Of a DNA stretch of 20,000 nucleotides, positions 18,341 through 20,000 are shown piece by piece; position 1 is the stretch's first letter; every line of letters starts with the position of its first letter. Position numbers and translations under genes: made by a program. The notes below the pieces were generated by a model. The model did not search any database, had not been told where the DNA came from, and was given only the letters and a program-made list of their open reading frames with translations. Source of the stretch: Chiloscyllium plagiosum (lineage: Eukaryota); contig NC_057718.1 in NCBI RefSeq assembly GCF_004010195.1, positions 28,090,192-28,110,191 of the forward strand, given 5' to 3'.

Positions 18341-20000
18341 CTTGATGGATTCCTGGCCTTGGTAGACACCCAGCCTTGATTGACTCCCAGCCTTGATGGC
18401 CTCCGGCCTTGATGGACTCCCAGCCTTGATGGGCTTTGGCCTTGATGGACTCCCAGCCTTGATGGACTCCCAGCCTTGATGGACTCCAGCCTTGATGGAC
18501 TCCAGCCTTGATGGACTCCCAGCCTTGATGGACTCCAGCCTTGATGGCCTTCGGCCTTGATGGACTCCCAGCCTTGATGGCCTCCAGCCTTGATGGACAT
18601 CCAGCATTGATGGACACCCAGCCTTGATGGCCTTTGGCCTTGATGGATTCCCAGCCTTGATGGACTCCCAGCCTTGATGGACTCCCGAACTTGATGGACT
18701 CCCAGCCTTGATGGACTCCCGACCTTGATGGACTCCCAGCCTTGATGGCCTCCGGCCTTGATGGACTCCTGGCCTTGATGGACTCTCGGCCTTGAAGGAC
18801 TTTCGGTCTTGATGGACTCCCAGCCTTGATGGCCTCCAGCCTTGTTGGACTCCCAGTCTGATGGCCTCCAGCCTTGATGGACTCCAAGCCTTGATGGACT
18901 CTCAGCCTTGATGGACTCCGGCCTTGATGGACTCCCAGCCTTGATGGACTCCCAGCCTTGATGGTCTTCAGCCTTGATGGACTCCCAGCCTTGATGGATT
19001 CCCAGCTTTGATGGACTGTGAGCCTTAATGGACTACGACCTTCATGGACTCCCAGCCGTGATGGGCTTCCAGCCGTGATGGACTCCCAGCCGTGATGGAC
19101 TCCAGCCTTGATGCATTCCAGCCTTGATGCACTCCCAGGCTTGATGGACTCCAGCCTTGATGGACTCTGAACCTTGATGGACTCCCAGCCTTGATGGACT
19201 CCCAGCCTTGATGGTCTTCAGCCTTGATGGACTCCCAGCCTTGATGGATTCCCAGCCTTGATGGCCTCCTGGCCTTGATGGACTCCCGGCCTTGAAGGAC
19301 TCTCGGCCTTGATGGACTCCCAGCCTTGATGGACTCCCGAACTTGATGGACTCCCAGCCTTGATGCACTCCCAGGCTTGATGGACTCCCAGCCTTGATGG
19401 CCTCCGGCCTTGATGGACTCCTGGCTTTGATGGACTCTCGGCCTTGAAGGACTTTCGGTCTTGATGGATTCCCAGCCTTGATGGCCTCCAGCCTTGTTGG
19501 ACTCCCAGTCTGATGGCCTCCGGCCTTGATGGACTCCAAGCCTTGATGGACTCTCAGCCTTGATAGACTCCTAGCCTTGATGGACTCCCAGTCTTGATGG
19601 GCTCTCAGCCTTGATGGACTCCGGCCTTGATGGACTCCCAGCCTTGATGGACTCCCAGCCTTGATGGTCTTCAGCCTTGATGGACTCCCAGCCTTGATGG
19701 ATTCCCAGCTTTGATGGACTGTGAGCCTTAATGGACTACGACCTTCATGGACTCCCAGCCGTGATGGGCTTCCAGCCGTGATGGACTCCCAGCCGTGATG
19801 GACTCCAGCCTTGATGCATTCCAGCCTTGATGCACTCCCAGGCTTGATGGACTCCAGCCTTGATGGACTCTGAACCTTGATGGACTCCAGCGTTGATAGA
19901 CTCCCAGCCTGATGGCCTCCGGCCTTGATGGCCTCCTGGCCTTGATGGACTCCCGGCCTTGAAGGACTCTCGGCCTTGATGGACTCCCAGCCTTGATGGA
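18341..20000. repeat. 16/17-nt minisatellite (GCCTTGATGGACTCCCA)n with higher-order structure; continues past the window end
   Basis: CTTGATGG recurs at 18441, 18458, 18475, 18491, etc.; roughly 100 units; variant-unit series repeat at offsets of 652-703 nt. Confidence 0.97.

Noticed and set aside
18129..19539. Long minus-strand ORFs (252 aa, 165 aa) with ESIKAG/GVHQGW/SPSRL repeats
   Set aside because: The 17-mer has no stop codon on the minus strand, and 16/17-nt units cycle through all three frames. The ORFs are a by-product of the satellite.
18341..20000. CRISPR-like array
   Set aside because: Units are head-to-tail with no unique spacers, there are no cas genes, and the context is vertebrate.

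Overview
Eukaryotic, almost entirely transposon-derived window; no host exon could be supported. The repeat content (HE1-type V-SINE, Deu-domain SINE, CR1/HER1-type LINEs) points to a cartilaginous fish (inference). Left to right: decayed CR1 fragments; a decayed Gypsy LTR-PBS-gag-protease remnant (~1841-3085); an old CR1 carrying several insertions; a near full-length minus-strand CR1 (SGNH ORF1, APE-RT ORF2) with a young tRNA-SINE inside (4662-8600); a Penelope-like element (RT + GIY-YIG, ~9074-16300) split by a 3.8 kb nested CR1 stack; and a 16/17-nt minisatellite with ~650-700 nt higher-order repeats running off the right edge. The most interesting signal is six loci carrying minimal hammerhead-ribozyme motifs (CTGAnGA-A-stem II-GAAA-CG/GC-UH) in two families. 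One lies at the 3' end of the Penelope element. Five are 75-190 bp stand-alone insertions, three of them fold-back palindromes, whose boundary or turning point always falls at the ribozyme core. Family names come from recalled consensus features, not from a database search.
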